Under the pieces are notes generated by a model. That model saw only the letters and a list, made by a program, of their open reading frames with translations. It was not told the origin of the DNA and did not search any database. 64,000 bases of DNA from Octopus sinensis (lineage: Eukaryota), in NCBI RefSeq assembly GCF_006345805.1, contig NW_021832713.1, forward strand, positions 1 to 64,000. The letters are read 5' to 3'. Positions 1-12,106 of this stretch are shown one piece after another. Position 1 is the first letter of the stretch. Each line of letters opens with the position of its first letter. A program made the translations under genes and the position numbers.

Positions 1-59
1 TTTGGGACAGTTGACAATTCACATTTGCAAATTAACCATTATATATTGACACTAAAAGG

Positions 60-226
60 ATTTTTTCTACTTTAGGCACAAGGTCCAAAATTTTGGGGAA
101 AGGAGCCAGTAGATTAGATCGACACCAGTACGCAACTGATACTTAATTAATCGATCTCCAAAGGATGAACGGTAAAGCCGACCTCGGTGGAATTTGAACT
201 CAGAACGTAAAGACAGATGAAATACC
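60..226 (-). mobile_element. SINE family B (tRNA-derived, Nin/Deu-like central domain), partial, alternative 3' tail
   Basis: Reverse complement has gttctgagttcaaattccaccgaggtcggctttaccgttcatcctttggagatcgat, matching other family B copies; tail shared with the 55330 copy. Confidence 0.75.
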
Positions 227-314
227 GATTGATATAAAAAAAATGATTGAATGAAACAATTGATACGTTTCACCCCAGTATGTTCATCTTCATATTTTTT
301 CGTAGGGTAAAGAG

Positions 315-620
315 TAAAGACCCCCTTCGGTCATGAATGACAATGATATTGCACCAAGAAAGTTACCCTTCATGGCACAAGTCCGGGCAAGGTTATTTAT
401 GGAAGACCAGCAGTCGCCCATCTTCACACCACTGATGTTATCCAAGGAAAAGGCCGATACAGCACCACTAACGTCACAACTTTCTACAGCTGAGTAAAGA
501 GGAGCAACGAGAAATGAAAGGTATTGCTCAAGAGCACAGCACATAGCCCGGTCCGGGAATCGAACTCATTACGTCATGATTGTGAGCCCGACGCTCTAAC
601 CACTGTCCCATCTGCCTTCA
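315..620 (-). mobile_element. SINE family D (tRNA-derived)
   Basis: Minus strand: A-box-like cagtggttagagc and B-box gagttcgattccc; homologous to 5213-5540. Confidence 0.75.
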
Positions 621-1442
621 AAGGAAACACTGCTTTATCTCTGGTGTCATAAGTTGCTGTAAAACGAAGAAGAGGAAGCGAAAAAAATATAGATTTCATT
701 GCCAGGAATGTTCCATCACTCAATACCTAACACCCAATCGTTGGCGCCGCTACAGTAGCAGTGACGGTTATGTAACATCGATGCAAGACCGCGTGTTTTA
801 GGGGAGGGCACAGTCAATTAGATCGATCTCAGTGCATGATCGATAATTATTTTATTAACTTCAGAAAAGACAATCTTAAGGCTAACGATATTTGAACTCA
901 AGACGTACAGAGACATAAATGAATTCTCTTCACATAACCGTTCCATGAAAGAGAGGAACTATCAGAATCGTTAGCGCATCAGACAGAAACCTTGCAGTAT
1001 TTGTTCAAAGAATCTGTGTTCTGTGTTGTTAGACCGTCGCAGTTAAAAGAGTTCACAAATCAAAAACAAGCCCAGTTATGAGGTCGATATCCATCCCCTC
1101 CTCTCTCGACTCCATTCTTTCTGTATCTATTTCTCCGTTCATTCCCTTTCTCCATCTGAATTGGTCTTGTAATTGAAAGATGCCGATTTATTGCATTGTA
1201 CAATGAGCCAAATGCAAAAATTACCTTAACACGTGTCTCTCGAACGCCCAGGTGCTGCTTATAGGTTAATTTCACTAAGGAATTAATAGCCTTACATTGC
1301 ATTCTTTCCAACTGCTCACTGTCCATAGCCGAACCCTGTCATCCCGTAAAATGCTGTCGCTTTGATTATTCTGGTAATCCAGATTCTGACTTTAGTAACC
1401 ATGAAAAGATACGTTCTTTGATGCATACACATATGCATATAG

Positions 1443-2058
1443 GAGTGAGTGAGTGAGTGAGTGAGTGAGTGAATGAGTGAGTGAGTGAGTGAGTGATTAA
1501 TTGATTGAGTGAGTGAGTGAGTGAGTGAGTGATTAATTATGAGTGAGTGAGTGAGTGAGTGAGTGATTAATTGATTGAGTGAGTGAGTGAGTGAGTGAAT
1601 GAAATTGTGAGTGAGTGAGTGAGTGAGTGAGTGAGTGAGTGAGTAAGTGATTAATTGATTGAGTGAGTGAGTGAATGAGTGAATGAAATTGTGAGTGAGT
1701 GTGTGAGTGAGTGAGTGGGTGACTGATTGATTGAGTGAGTGAATGAGTGTCTGAGTGAGTGAGTGATTGAGTGAGTAAGTGACTGATTGATTGATTGAGT
1801 GAATGAGTGTGTGAGTGAGTGCGTGAGTGAGTGCACGAGTGAGTGATTGAGTAAGTGACTGAATGATTGGTTGAGTGAATGAGTGTGTGAGTGAGTGCAT
1901 GAGTGAGTGCGCGAGTGAGTGATTGAGTAAGTGACTGATTGATTGATTGATTGAGTGAATGAGTGAATGAGTGTGTGAATGAGGAGTGATTGAGTGAGTG
2001 AATGAGTGAGTGAGTGAGTGAGTGAATGAGTGAGTGAGTGAACGAATGAGTGAGTGAA
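1443..2058. repeat. (GAGT)n-derived degenerate micro/minisatellite with 76- and 84-bp higher-order units
   Basis: gagtaagtgact recurs at 1773, 1849 and 1925; gaatgaaattgtgag recurs at 1597 and 1681. Confidence 0.9.
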
Positions 2059-2159
2059 CATACGCACAAATGAAGGCGCGTTGCTAAGTCGTTAAAGTAG
2101 TCTGCTGAAGATCGTAAGTTTCGTGGATTCGATATTTTATTGAAGTATTTCTTACGTCA

Positions 2160-2354
2160 GAAGTTGCGCACCACCCTGTTTTTTTAAAAGAATACACCTT
2201 TATTGATTTCAAAAACACTTTATTGAAATTAATAGTAACAAATGCTCAAATCGTGCACCCTCTACAATAAAACATGCCGAGAAAATATAATAAAATAAAA
2301 TGCTTTAATTATTTTAAATGAAAACCAGAATAGTGCGACCTCTGGGACACCCTA
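2160..2354. mobile_element. Tc1/mariner-type terminal remnant
   Basis: Ends in ctgggacaccct(a)+TA, like the TIR at about 30975-30986, and abuts (TA)n. Confidence 0.4.
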
Positions 2355-2411
2355 TATATATATATATAATATATAATATATATATATATATTATATATAA
2401 TATACATAATA

Positions 2412-2605
2412 GGCGCAGGAAGTGGTTGTGTGGTAAGTAGCTTGCTTACCAGCCACATGGTTCAAGGTTTAGTCCCACTGCGTGGCACCTTGGGCAAGTG
2501 TCCTCTACTATAGCTTCGGGCCGATCAAAGCCATGTGAGTGGATTTGGTAGACAGAAACTGAAAGAAGCCCGTTGTATATATATTATATATATATATGTG
2601 TGTGT

Positions 2606-2690
<85 letters not shown>

Positions 2691-2856
2691 TGTGTGTGTA
2701 TTTGTGAATTTGAGTTAGCGGTTGGGTATAGAAGACCGATAGAATAAGTACCAGATTTACAAAGAATAGGTGCAGGGGCGATTTCTTCGACTAATAGGCG
2801 GTGCTCCAGCGTGGTCACAGTCAAAATGACTGAAACAAGTAAGAGAATAAAAGAAT
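2412..2856 (+). mobile_element. SINE family A (tRNA-derived, internal TA/TG microsatellite, taaaagag tail), internally deleted
   Basis: ggcgcagga-gtggttgtgtggtaagtagc head, ggttc box, ccttgggcaagtgt core, gactgaaacaagtaa tail. Confidence 0.9.
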
Positions 2857-3044
2857 AGAGAACATATTGTGACTCTTAACTGAGATATCAAGTTTCATGT
2901 CTCCTGGTTTGATCGGTCACTAAGGTGGGAAGTATGAAGGTGGAAAAATCCAGGTGGGTGTTGAAAAAAAGTGGCTGGCTAATGGGCTGGCTAAAATGGG
3001 GTGATAGATGTAAAAAAATATTAATATTAATTTTAGATATAATA

Positions 3045-3440
3045 GGTGCAGGAGTGGTTGTGTGGTAAGTAGCTTGCTTAATAACCACATGGTTTCGGGT
3101 TCAGTCTCACTGCGTGGAACTTTGGCCAAGTGTCTTCTACTATAGCTGACCAAAGGCCTTGTGAGTGGATTTGGTGGACGGAAACTGAAAGAAGCCCGTC
3201 GTATATATGTATACGTATATATATATATATGTGTGTCTGTGTTTGTCTCCCCAACGTCGCTTGATAACCGATTCTGGTGTGTTTACGTCCCCGTAACTTA
3301 GCGGTTCGGCAAAAGAACCGATAGAATAAGTACTAGGCTTACAAAGAATAAGTCCTGGGGTCGATTTGCTCGACTAAAGGCGGTGCTCCAGCATGGCCGC
3401 AGTCAAATGACTGAAACAAGTAAAAGAGAGTAAAAGAGTA
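3045..3440 (+). mobile_element. SINE family A, full length
   Basis: Same head, core and tail as the other family A copies in the window. Confidence 0.92.
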
Positions 3441-4109
3441 ATGGGTTAATTAGCTTGAAGTTTTATTTGTGAAATACGTTTTGAATTTGCTGCAGAAAGT
3501 CATCTATATTTGTGGTGGGGACGTTGGGAGGGTCGCTAGGAATGTGACCTGGGTACCAAAGGGACGAGAGCCTGAAAACGTCTGGGGACTACTGCCCTAA
3601 AAGAACATCACTGTAGAAAAGCGGACTTCTTCACTGCGCAGCCATGTCTGCGTCTTTTCGTTTGTATCATTTATATAATTTAAAAATATATTTCGATATA
3701 TTGTATTTTGTAGCAGAGATGCAAAATGTTCAATACTGGCCAGTAGAAGGTCGGTGTAAAGTATTATATTGTGATCTAATGCACATGCCAGATATATGTT
3801 CGATATACGTGTAAAATAATAAAATACACCCACACACATAAACACATGCACACACACAAACACATTTTTTTTAATTCTTTTGCTGGTTTCTTTCATTGGA
3901 CGGCGGCCAAAGTTTTGGTCGATAGCATCGACCCCGCTCTAGTATGTGGTAAAAGGAGCGTAATTCGGATGGACAGAATGTAACGGAACTAAATAGAAGA
4001 AGTAGTAGTTTTGTTCGACGCACGGATTTTGTAACGATGTTCTCAGAGAGTTACAGACACAGATATATACATGCATGAATGAATGGTAGCGATTTTCTTC
4101 ACTATTTCA

Positions 4110-4496
4110 GGGAGTGACAACCCTACCTGACACGAGTCCCGGACTCAGCTGACTCCGACTGACAGTACCCGATTTGGGCCCTATCCAGGATAACGGAAAG
4201 GAGACAACCCTCAAAGAAATCGGGAATGGAATCCCATAGGAGGTCTAGTGTTCGATTCGACATTCTTCCGGCAGCTCCTGCAACCAAGCTGGTGCCAAAC
4301 GTAATGCTCTGCACTCCATTGGATTACGTCAGCAAGGTCGAGAGAGGAATCCTGACGATTGGGGTACCCAGGATTTTCTTACATCTAGCCAAGGCCTGCG
4401 CAAAACTGGAGGGGAAACTGGAGGGGACATGAAATGTAAAAACCAGACTGGATTAGTTTATGCGCAACTCCATTGCCTCCCGTGACAAAAGGATGC

Positions 4497-4508
<12 letters not shown>
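4110..4508 (+). mobile_element. Probable non-autonomous retroposon with (CAA)n tail
   Basis: GC-richer non-coding block ending gatgccaacaacaacaa directly at (TA)n; family not identified. Confidence 0.4.
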
Positions 4509-4547
<39 letters not shown>

Positions 4548-4549
<2 letters not shown>

Positions 4550-4690
4550 CCGGTGAGTGTGTTAAATCATAAAGCACTAGAAGAGAATGACTCTCTCCAG
4601 ACAACAAAATATTCTTCAACACACGAACTCACATAAAGAATCCTTATTGTTATACATCCGTTTCGGCACGACAGTTATATTATGAGTACA
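4548..4690 (-). mobile_element. Penelope-like 3' terminus with hammerhead 3' half (GAAAC-ggat-GUA)
   Basis: Abuts (TA)n; the terminus cggtgagtgtg..atcataaagca recurs at 5191-5217; motif at 4664-4653 on the minus strand. Confidence 0.4.
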
Positions 4691-4794
4691 TCATACACGT
4701 GTCTTTGGAATACTCAGCCAGTTTATTCAATAAGTAGATAGTTGAATCGATCGAAGAATCGAATGCTCATCGCCGTAAATGACATTAGCATCAT

Positions 4795-4870
<76 letters not shown>

Positions 4871-4966
4871 TTATCTATCTACCTATCTTTGACTGGTGGT
4901 GTGCATATGTGTTCATTATATATAATATATATTATATCTATTATATATATATTATATATATATATA

Positions 4967-5010
<44 letters not shown>

Positions 5011-5021
5011 TATATATATAT

Positions 5022-5053
<32 letters not shown>

Positions 5054-5151
5054 ATATATATATATATATATTATATATATATAGATATATATATATAATA
5101 ATATATATATATAATATATATATATCTATATATATATATATATATATATAT

Positions 5152-5191
<40 letters not shown>

Positions 5192-5212
5192 CGGTGAGTG
5201 TGCTACATCATA

Positions 5213-5540
5213 AAGCATGGCTCACAGGTAGAACGTCGGGCTTACAATCGTGATGTTGTGAGCTCGAATCCCGGACCGAGCTGCGTGTTGTGTTCTTGCG
5301 CAAGACACTTTATTTCACATTGCTCCAGTTCACTCAGCTGTAGAAATGAGTTGCTACGTCACAGGTGCCAAGCTGCATCGGCCTTTGCCTTTCCCTTGGA
5401 TAACACTGGTGGCGTGGAGAGGAGAGGCCGGTATGCATGGGCGACTGCTGGTCTTCCATAAACAACCTTTCTCGAACTTGTACCCGGAAGGGTAACTTTT
5501 TAGGTGGAATCCCATGGTCAGTCATAATCGAAGGGGTTCT
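5213..5540 (+). mobile_element. SINE family D
   Basis: tRNA-like head (tggctcacaggtagaacg...gagctcgaatccc), core gtgttcttgcgcaagacactttatttcac; homologous to 315-620. Confidence 0.8.
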
Positions 5541-5736
5541 CACTAATACAATTGTTTGTTTGTACTCCACCTGCCTTCGTCTTTTGTTTATTTTCGTAAA
5601 GCTTCCTGTTATATATATATATAATAATACTTTAATTGTTCCACATGTTGTCTTTTCTGTTTTCCCGTTTGGATTAACCTTATATATAATATAATATATA
5701 TATATTATATATATATTATATAATATATATATATAT

Positions 5737-5952
5737 AAAAGAAGCAGAAATATAACAGAAGCTATTACTCAAAGTTTCACGTTCCAGTCGTCGGACAGTT
5801 TTGTTATCAAAACTTTCCGACGAACGGGAATGTGAAACTCTGTGTAATAGCTTTGTTATATTTCTGCTGCTTTTGAATAAAGTTTATTACTCTACTCTGG
5901 TATTTGAGTACTCTTTTTTTACCACCTTGGTTCACATTTATGTTCTTACTCC

Positions 5953-5955
<3 letters not shown>
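5737..5955 (+). mobile_element. Foldback element in (TA)n, probable Penelope-like terminus with inverted 5' copy
   Basis: Inverted arms 5737-5803 and 5808-5874, then a unique 3' extension with AATAAA; (TA)n on both sides. Confidence 0.65.
5808..5859 (+). ncRNA. Minimal type I hammerhead ribozyme-like motif (CCGACGA core)
   Basis: CCGACGA 5817-23, stem II acg-ggaa-tgt, GAAAC 5834-38, short stem III, GUA 5844-46, imperfect stem I; a second copy lies on the minus strand of the left arm. Confidence 0.55.
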
Positions 5956-5994
<39 letters not shown>

Positions 5995-6086
5995 TGACTG
6001 ACCAGTCCGTGAGGCGTCCATTGACACCGCTGGTCACAGCACGCTGTCCACTCCTCTCTGTATATGTATATATATATATATATATG

Positions 6087-6129
<43 letters not shown>

Positions 6130-6164
6130 TCTCTAACTATATGTGTATATGTGCATATATATAC

Positions 6165-6540
6165 TTTTTTACTCTCTCTTCTCCTTGCTTCAGTCGTGTG
6201 ACTGTGGCCATGCTGGAGCACCACCTTTATTCGAGCCAATCGACCCCAGGACTTATTCTTTGTAAGCCTAGTACTTATTCTATCGGTATATTTTGCTGAA
6301 CCGTTAAGTTACGGGGACGTAAACACACCAGCATCAGCGATGTGAAGTGATGTTGAGGGGCACAAACACAGACACACAAACATATACACACACGTACATA
6401 TATATGCATGTATACTTATATATATGACGGGCTTCTTACAGTTTCCGTCTACCAAATCTACTTACAAGGCTTTGGTCGGCCCGAGGCTACAGTAGAAGAC
6501 ACTTGCTCAAGGTGCCACGCAGTGGGACTGAACCCGGAAC

Positions 6541-6541
<1 letters not shown>
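6165..6541 (-). mobile_element. SINE family A, 5'-truncated
   Basis: Reverse complement of the family A body and tail. Confidence 0.88.
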
Positions 6542-6575
<34 letters not shown>

Positions 6576-6639
6576 TACAAGCATACTTTGCGCAAGTTTA
6601 AATATTTAGCCACAAAATTACACCACCTCATTTTACCGT

Positions 6640-6985
6640 GACCACCACTCCATCATAACTGGAAAGCAAAAACAACATGACATTACAACTTCCACCACCA
6701 CCACTACTACTACTACTACCACCTCAACCACTGTCGTCACCACACCAGCTACTGTCATACCAGGAAGCTGAATGCTACTTAAGCTACCACCGTCTCCATA
6801 ACAACAACTGACACGAGCTACAACAGCAACAACAACAACAACAACAACGCTACAATGTTAACAACAAACACGAGCGTAGACGTCATCATCATCATCACCA
6901 CCACAACAATCATCGTAAGGACCGTTAAATATTATTAACAATAATATATTAGGGCACCACCGCTGCCGCCGCCTACACTGGCCCC

Positions 6986-7025
<40 letters not shown>

Positions 7026-7534
7026 GCCATCATCATCATCATCATCATTGTCACCGACATCCACTCACCCTACTGCTACCACCACCACCACCATCAACAC
7101 CATCATCATCATCATCGTCGTCATCATCGTTATCCTCATCCCAGCATCTTTAGTAACAGACGACGACCACCACCACTATCACCACCACCACCACCACCAC
7201 CAACACTACCACTGCCACTACCTTCGCGCTTCGTTGTCGTCGTCCCCCTCCTCTCCCCCCTCCTCCTCCTCCTTCCTCATCATCATCATTATCATCATTA
7301 ACATCAATATCATTATCCCAGCACCTCCAGTAAGAATCGTTAAGTACAACTCCAAGTAAAACAACCACTACAACCACCACCACCACCACCACCACCAATA
7401 CCACCACCACCACCACCAATACCACCACTGCCGCCGCCGCCGCCGTTATCCTGTAAATTATTTTTAGCGACAGAATCATTGATTGGCGAGGGTCGAATCA
7501 GTTAGAAATGGCAGAGATGGGAGCTGGTTGTCTG

Positions 7535-7572
<38 letters not shown>

Positions 7573-8346
7573 ATGGTGGTGATGGTGGTGATGGTGGTGG
7601 TGGTGGTGGTGGTGGTGGTGGTGGTGATGGTGGTGATGGTGGTGGTGGTGGTGTGGTGGTGGTGTGGTGGTGGTGATGGTGGTGATGGTGGTGATGGTGG
7701 TGATGGTGGTGGTGATGGTGGTGATAGTGGTGATGGTGGTGGTGGTGGTGGTGGTGTGGTGGTGGTGTTAGTGCTAATGGCAGTGTTGGTGGTAGTGGTG
7801 TAATTCCTTTTCGTTGTGGTAGTGGCGGTGGCGGTGATGGTTGTGATGGTGGTTGTGATGACGTAATGGTGGTGTTGGCCATCTCCGTCTTCTTTGAGCA
7901 TTCATCGCTACAACATTACACCAGGCGCTTCCACGGGTTTAAGGTTTAAAGACGCACAGGGTAAGTGATATGAGAGAGAGAGAATTTGGCTACTATTTCT
8001 AGCAGATAGAACAGCCCCTGCAATGCTTCCTTCATTATCCTGTAGTCCTGATGGTGGTGGTGGTGGCGGTGGTTGTAGCGGACAACGGAGGGAGCACTTT
8101 CATTATTACTATTAGTTTTAATGGATGTAGTATTAGCATTAGTAGTAGTAGTAGTATAGTAGTAGTAGTATTAGTAGTAGTAGTAGTACCAGTGGTTGTG
8201 TCACTGGTAATTGTAGTAATAATGGTAATGTTAGCATAGTAGTAGCAGTAGCAGTATAAACAGAGAAGGTGGTGGTGATGGTAGATGTTGTAGTAGTTGT
8301 ATTAGCAGCAGCAGTAGCAGCAGTAGTAGCAGTAGAAGTAGTAGTT

Positions 8347-8398
<52 letters not shown>

Positions 8399-9934
8399 CG
8401 GTATAGCAATGGTTGTACTACTGGTAGTTGTGCTAGAAGTGGTATTAATAGCGGTGATGCTAGTGTAATAGTAGCGGTAGTTGTATGAATAGAAGCGGTA
8501 GTGGTGATGGTAGATGTTGCAGTAGGAGTTGTAGTTGTCGAGGTAGTAGTAGTAGTAGAGGTGGTAGTGGTGGTGTTAGTGGTAGGAGTTGTATTAACAG
8601 TTGTGGCAGTAGTAGCAGCAACAACAACACTAGTTGTAGTAGTAGTAGCAGCAGCAGCAGCAGTGGTAGTAGTAGTATAGTAGTAGTAGTAGTAGTAGTA
8701 GTAGTAGAAGTACTGTTAGTTGTATTAATGGAAGTATTAGCAGAGATGTAGTTTGGAACGTAGTTCAGTAGTGGGTGGCAGATAAAGGTGAGGTGTAGTA
8801 CTGATTGAGGTAGAAGAAGCAGTAGCGACAGTGGTGAGTGACAGTGGTGGTTGCAGTAATTGTACAGCTAGCAGTAACAATAGTTTAGGCTATAGTAGTG
8901 TTTAAGGGTGCTGAAGATTGCAGCAGTAGTAGCAGCAGCAGCGGGAGTGGTGGTGGTGGTGGTGGTGGTGGTGGTGGTGGTGGTGGTGGTGGTGGTGGTG
9001 ATGGTGGTGGTGGTGGTGGTGGTGGTGGTGGTGGTGGTGGTGGTGGTGGTGGTGGTAGTTAGTGGTAGATGGTACAGCCAGCATAAATGGTGGTAAATGA
9101 TGCATAAGAAACAGCTGTAGCAGTGGTGGTAGATGCTGCACCAGCAGCAGTGGCGGTGGTAGTGCTGCACTAGCAGTGGTAGTGGTAGTGGTAGATGATG
9201 CACCAGCAGCAGTAGCGGTGGTAGTGCTGCACTAGCAGTGGTAGTGGTAGTGGTAGATGATGCACCAGCAGCAGTAGCGGCTGTGCACCAGTAGCAGCAA
9301 CAGCAGCAGTGACAGCAGCAGTGGCAGTAGTAGCTGTAGTATCAATGGTGATGGTGGTGGTAGTAGTAGTAGTGATAATGGTGTTCGTAGTGCCTTTAGT
9401 GGTGGTGTTGGTGGTAGTGTTGGTTGGGATCATGGTGATGGCGGTGGTGATGGTTGTAGTTGTGGTGATGGTTGTAGTGGTAGTTGTGGTGATGGTGGTG
9501 GTAGTGCCTTTAGTGGTGGCGGTGGTGGTGGTGTTGGTGCTTGTAGAGGTGGTGTTGGTGTTCTTGGTGGTAGTGGTGGCTGGGATTATTATGATGGTGG
9601 TGGTAGTTGTAGTTGTGGTGGTGGTTGTAGTTGTGGTGGTGGTTGTAGTTGTGGTGGTGGTTGCAGTGGTAGTGGTGATGGTGGTGGTTGTAGTGTTTAG
9701 TGTTACTGTTGTTGTTGGTGGTGGTGGTGCTTGGCCAAGTGGTGGTCTTGGTACTGGTAGTGGTGGAGGTAGTAGTGGTGGTTGTGGTGGTGTCGGCGGC
9801 GGCGGTGCAAAGCTGGTGTAGCAACAACAGCAAGACTGATGTTCGAAAACCTGAAACGCAGGCACAAACAGTATTGGCGGGTGACAGCATAGAAGAAGAA
9901 TAGTAGAGGTGGTAGCGATGACGGCAGTGCTTAG

Positions 9935-9983
<49 letters not shown>

Positions 9984-10019
9984 CGTGGTGGTGGTAGTGG
10001 TAGTAGTAGTAGTAGTAGC

Positions 10020-10074
<55 letters not shown>

Positions 10075-10260
10075 CGGTGGTGGTGGTGGTGGTGGTGGTA
10101 GTAGGATGCGCAGCAGTAGCAGTAGAAGCAGCAGAAGTCGCAGGAGCAGTAGCAAAAGCAGCAACTACAGCAGCAGCAGCAGCCGCAGCAGCGGTAGCAG
10201 CAGCAGCAGCCGCAGTAGCAGCAGCAACAACTTGTTAGCAGATGCTAGAAGTACAGCAAC
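6640..10260. repeat. Trinucleotide low-complexity island (CAC/CAT to about 7445; GTG/GTA/GCA from about 7535)
   Basis: Direct composition; most ORFs here are poly-T/H/P/V/G translations of the repeats. Confidence 0.9.
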
Positions 10261-10369
10261 GGCTGCAGTAGCAGCTGGTCCTCTGTGCTGTGCTGAGAGA
10301 AGAGAGAGGAGAGAGGAGAGAAGAGAGAGAGAAGAGAGAGAGAAGAGGCTACATGTAATGTGGTAACTA

Positions 10370-10401
<32 letters not shown>

Positions 10402-10505
10402 CACACACACCACACATATTTATACGCACCCTTAGATACGGTCATATGCACACTGGCACGTGCGTAGGTACATACGTTGATCGCTCGCATGCGGCTTTTT
10501 GTCTG

Positions 10506-10553
<48 letters not shown>

Positions 10554-10587
10554 CCTACCTTCTCTCTCTCTATCTATCTACCAGCTT

Positions 10588-10655
<68 letters not shown>

Positions 10656-10715
10656 ATATGTATATAATACTCACAAATTTACGTGTGTACTTGTGTGCCT
10701 GTTTATATATATATA

Positions 10716-10747
<32 letters not shown>

Positions 10748-12106
10748 ATATATAGAGAGAAAGAGGGAGAGACAGACAGACAGAGAGTGAGAGACGGAGA
10801 GAGGGAGAGCGGTGAGGCAGTAAGAGAGATAAATATATTTATTATTCGAATATAATTTCGGATATATGAATGTGTATGCACGCATATACATACATACATA
10901 TACATGCATCTACATATACATACATACACATATGTGCAGACATGCAGACATACATACAAAGCGTTCAAGAAAACTTCTTTATACATTTATATAATTACAC
11001 ATGAAAGTATACACACACACACACATAAAAATACATGATTGCATATGTATACATTATAAATATATATATATACATACATATGAGATATATATATGATATA
11101 GTATATATATGTATACACATGATATATATATATGATACAAATATATATATATATATATATATACATATGATGTATATATATATATATACATATCTATATA
11201 TATATATATACACATATGATAATATATACCATATCCTATATATATAGATATATATATATATATATCATATGTATATATATATATAATATAGTATATATAT
11301 ATATGTATACACATGGTATATATATATATATGATAAACATACATATGATATATATATATATGATATAGTATATATATATATGTATACACATGATATATAT
11401 ATATGATATATATACACGCACATACACATAAATATATACATGCATATATATATATACGTTTGATGTATATATGTATTATATACAAATATATGTGTGTATG
11501 TTCGTCTGTATGTGCGTATGTGTGTGTGGTGTGTGTGTGTGTATCCCTAAATGTGTGTGCATGGCTACAGAAGGGTAATCGCAAACAGAGGGCAGCGGCG
11601 GCGGCGGCGGCGGCGGAGGGAGTGAGTGAAGTCTGCGGATTATAAAAATAGAAACGACCGAGACATGAGAAAGTGAAATGACGTGGTGGCAGCGGCGATG
11701 GTGTTTGTGCAGGAGTGGCGGGAGGAGTAGAGCAGACTACGCGAGGAGCGGGTGACGGTGATACCTTCCGTTGTAGAAGCAGCAGTAGTAGTAGTTGTAG
11801 TAGATAAAAGTACCGTGGTTGCAGTGATAGTACTGGCGGTGTTGGTTGCAGGTAATATATATATTATAGTGATAATGTATAGAGGTATAGGTGATGGTGG
11901 TGGTGGCGGTTGTGGTGGTGGTTAGTTTTGATGAGGATTGTGGCGGTGGCGGTAGTGGTGGATTTTATGAATATTAGTACAGGTGGTGGTGGTGATAGTG
12001 GTAGTTGAGTTATTGAACGGTGGTAGCAGTAACAGTGGTAGTAATAGAAATATTGATGGTGGAGGAAGTGGTAGTAGTAGTAACAAATGAGATAGTGGCG
12101 GTGATG

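Noticed and set aside
1060-1400. Minus-strand peptides WTVSSWKEC (TSP1-like) and DSEQLERMQCKAINSL (nuclear-receptor-like)
   Set aside because: Short motifs in different frames, weak splice acceptors and no partner exons
1316-2069. His/Ser/Leu/Thr ORFs
   Set aside because: Translations of (ACTC)n
7899-7960. Possible plus-strand exon ending at GTAAGT
   Set aside because: GAG acceptor, overlap with a small interspersed repeat, no homology
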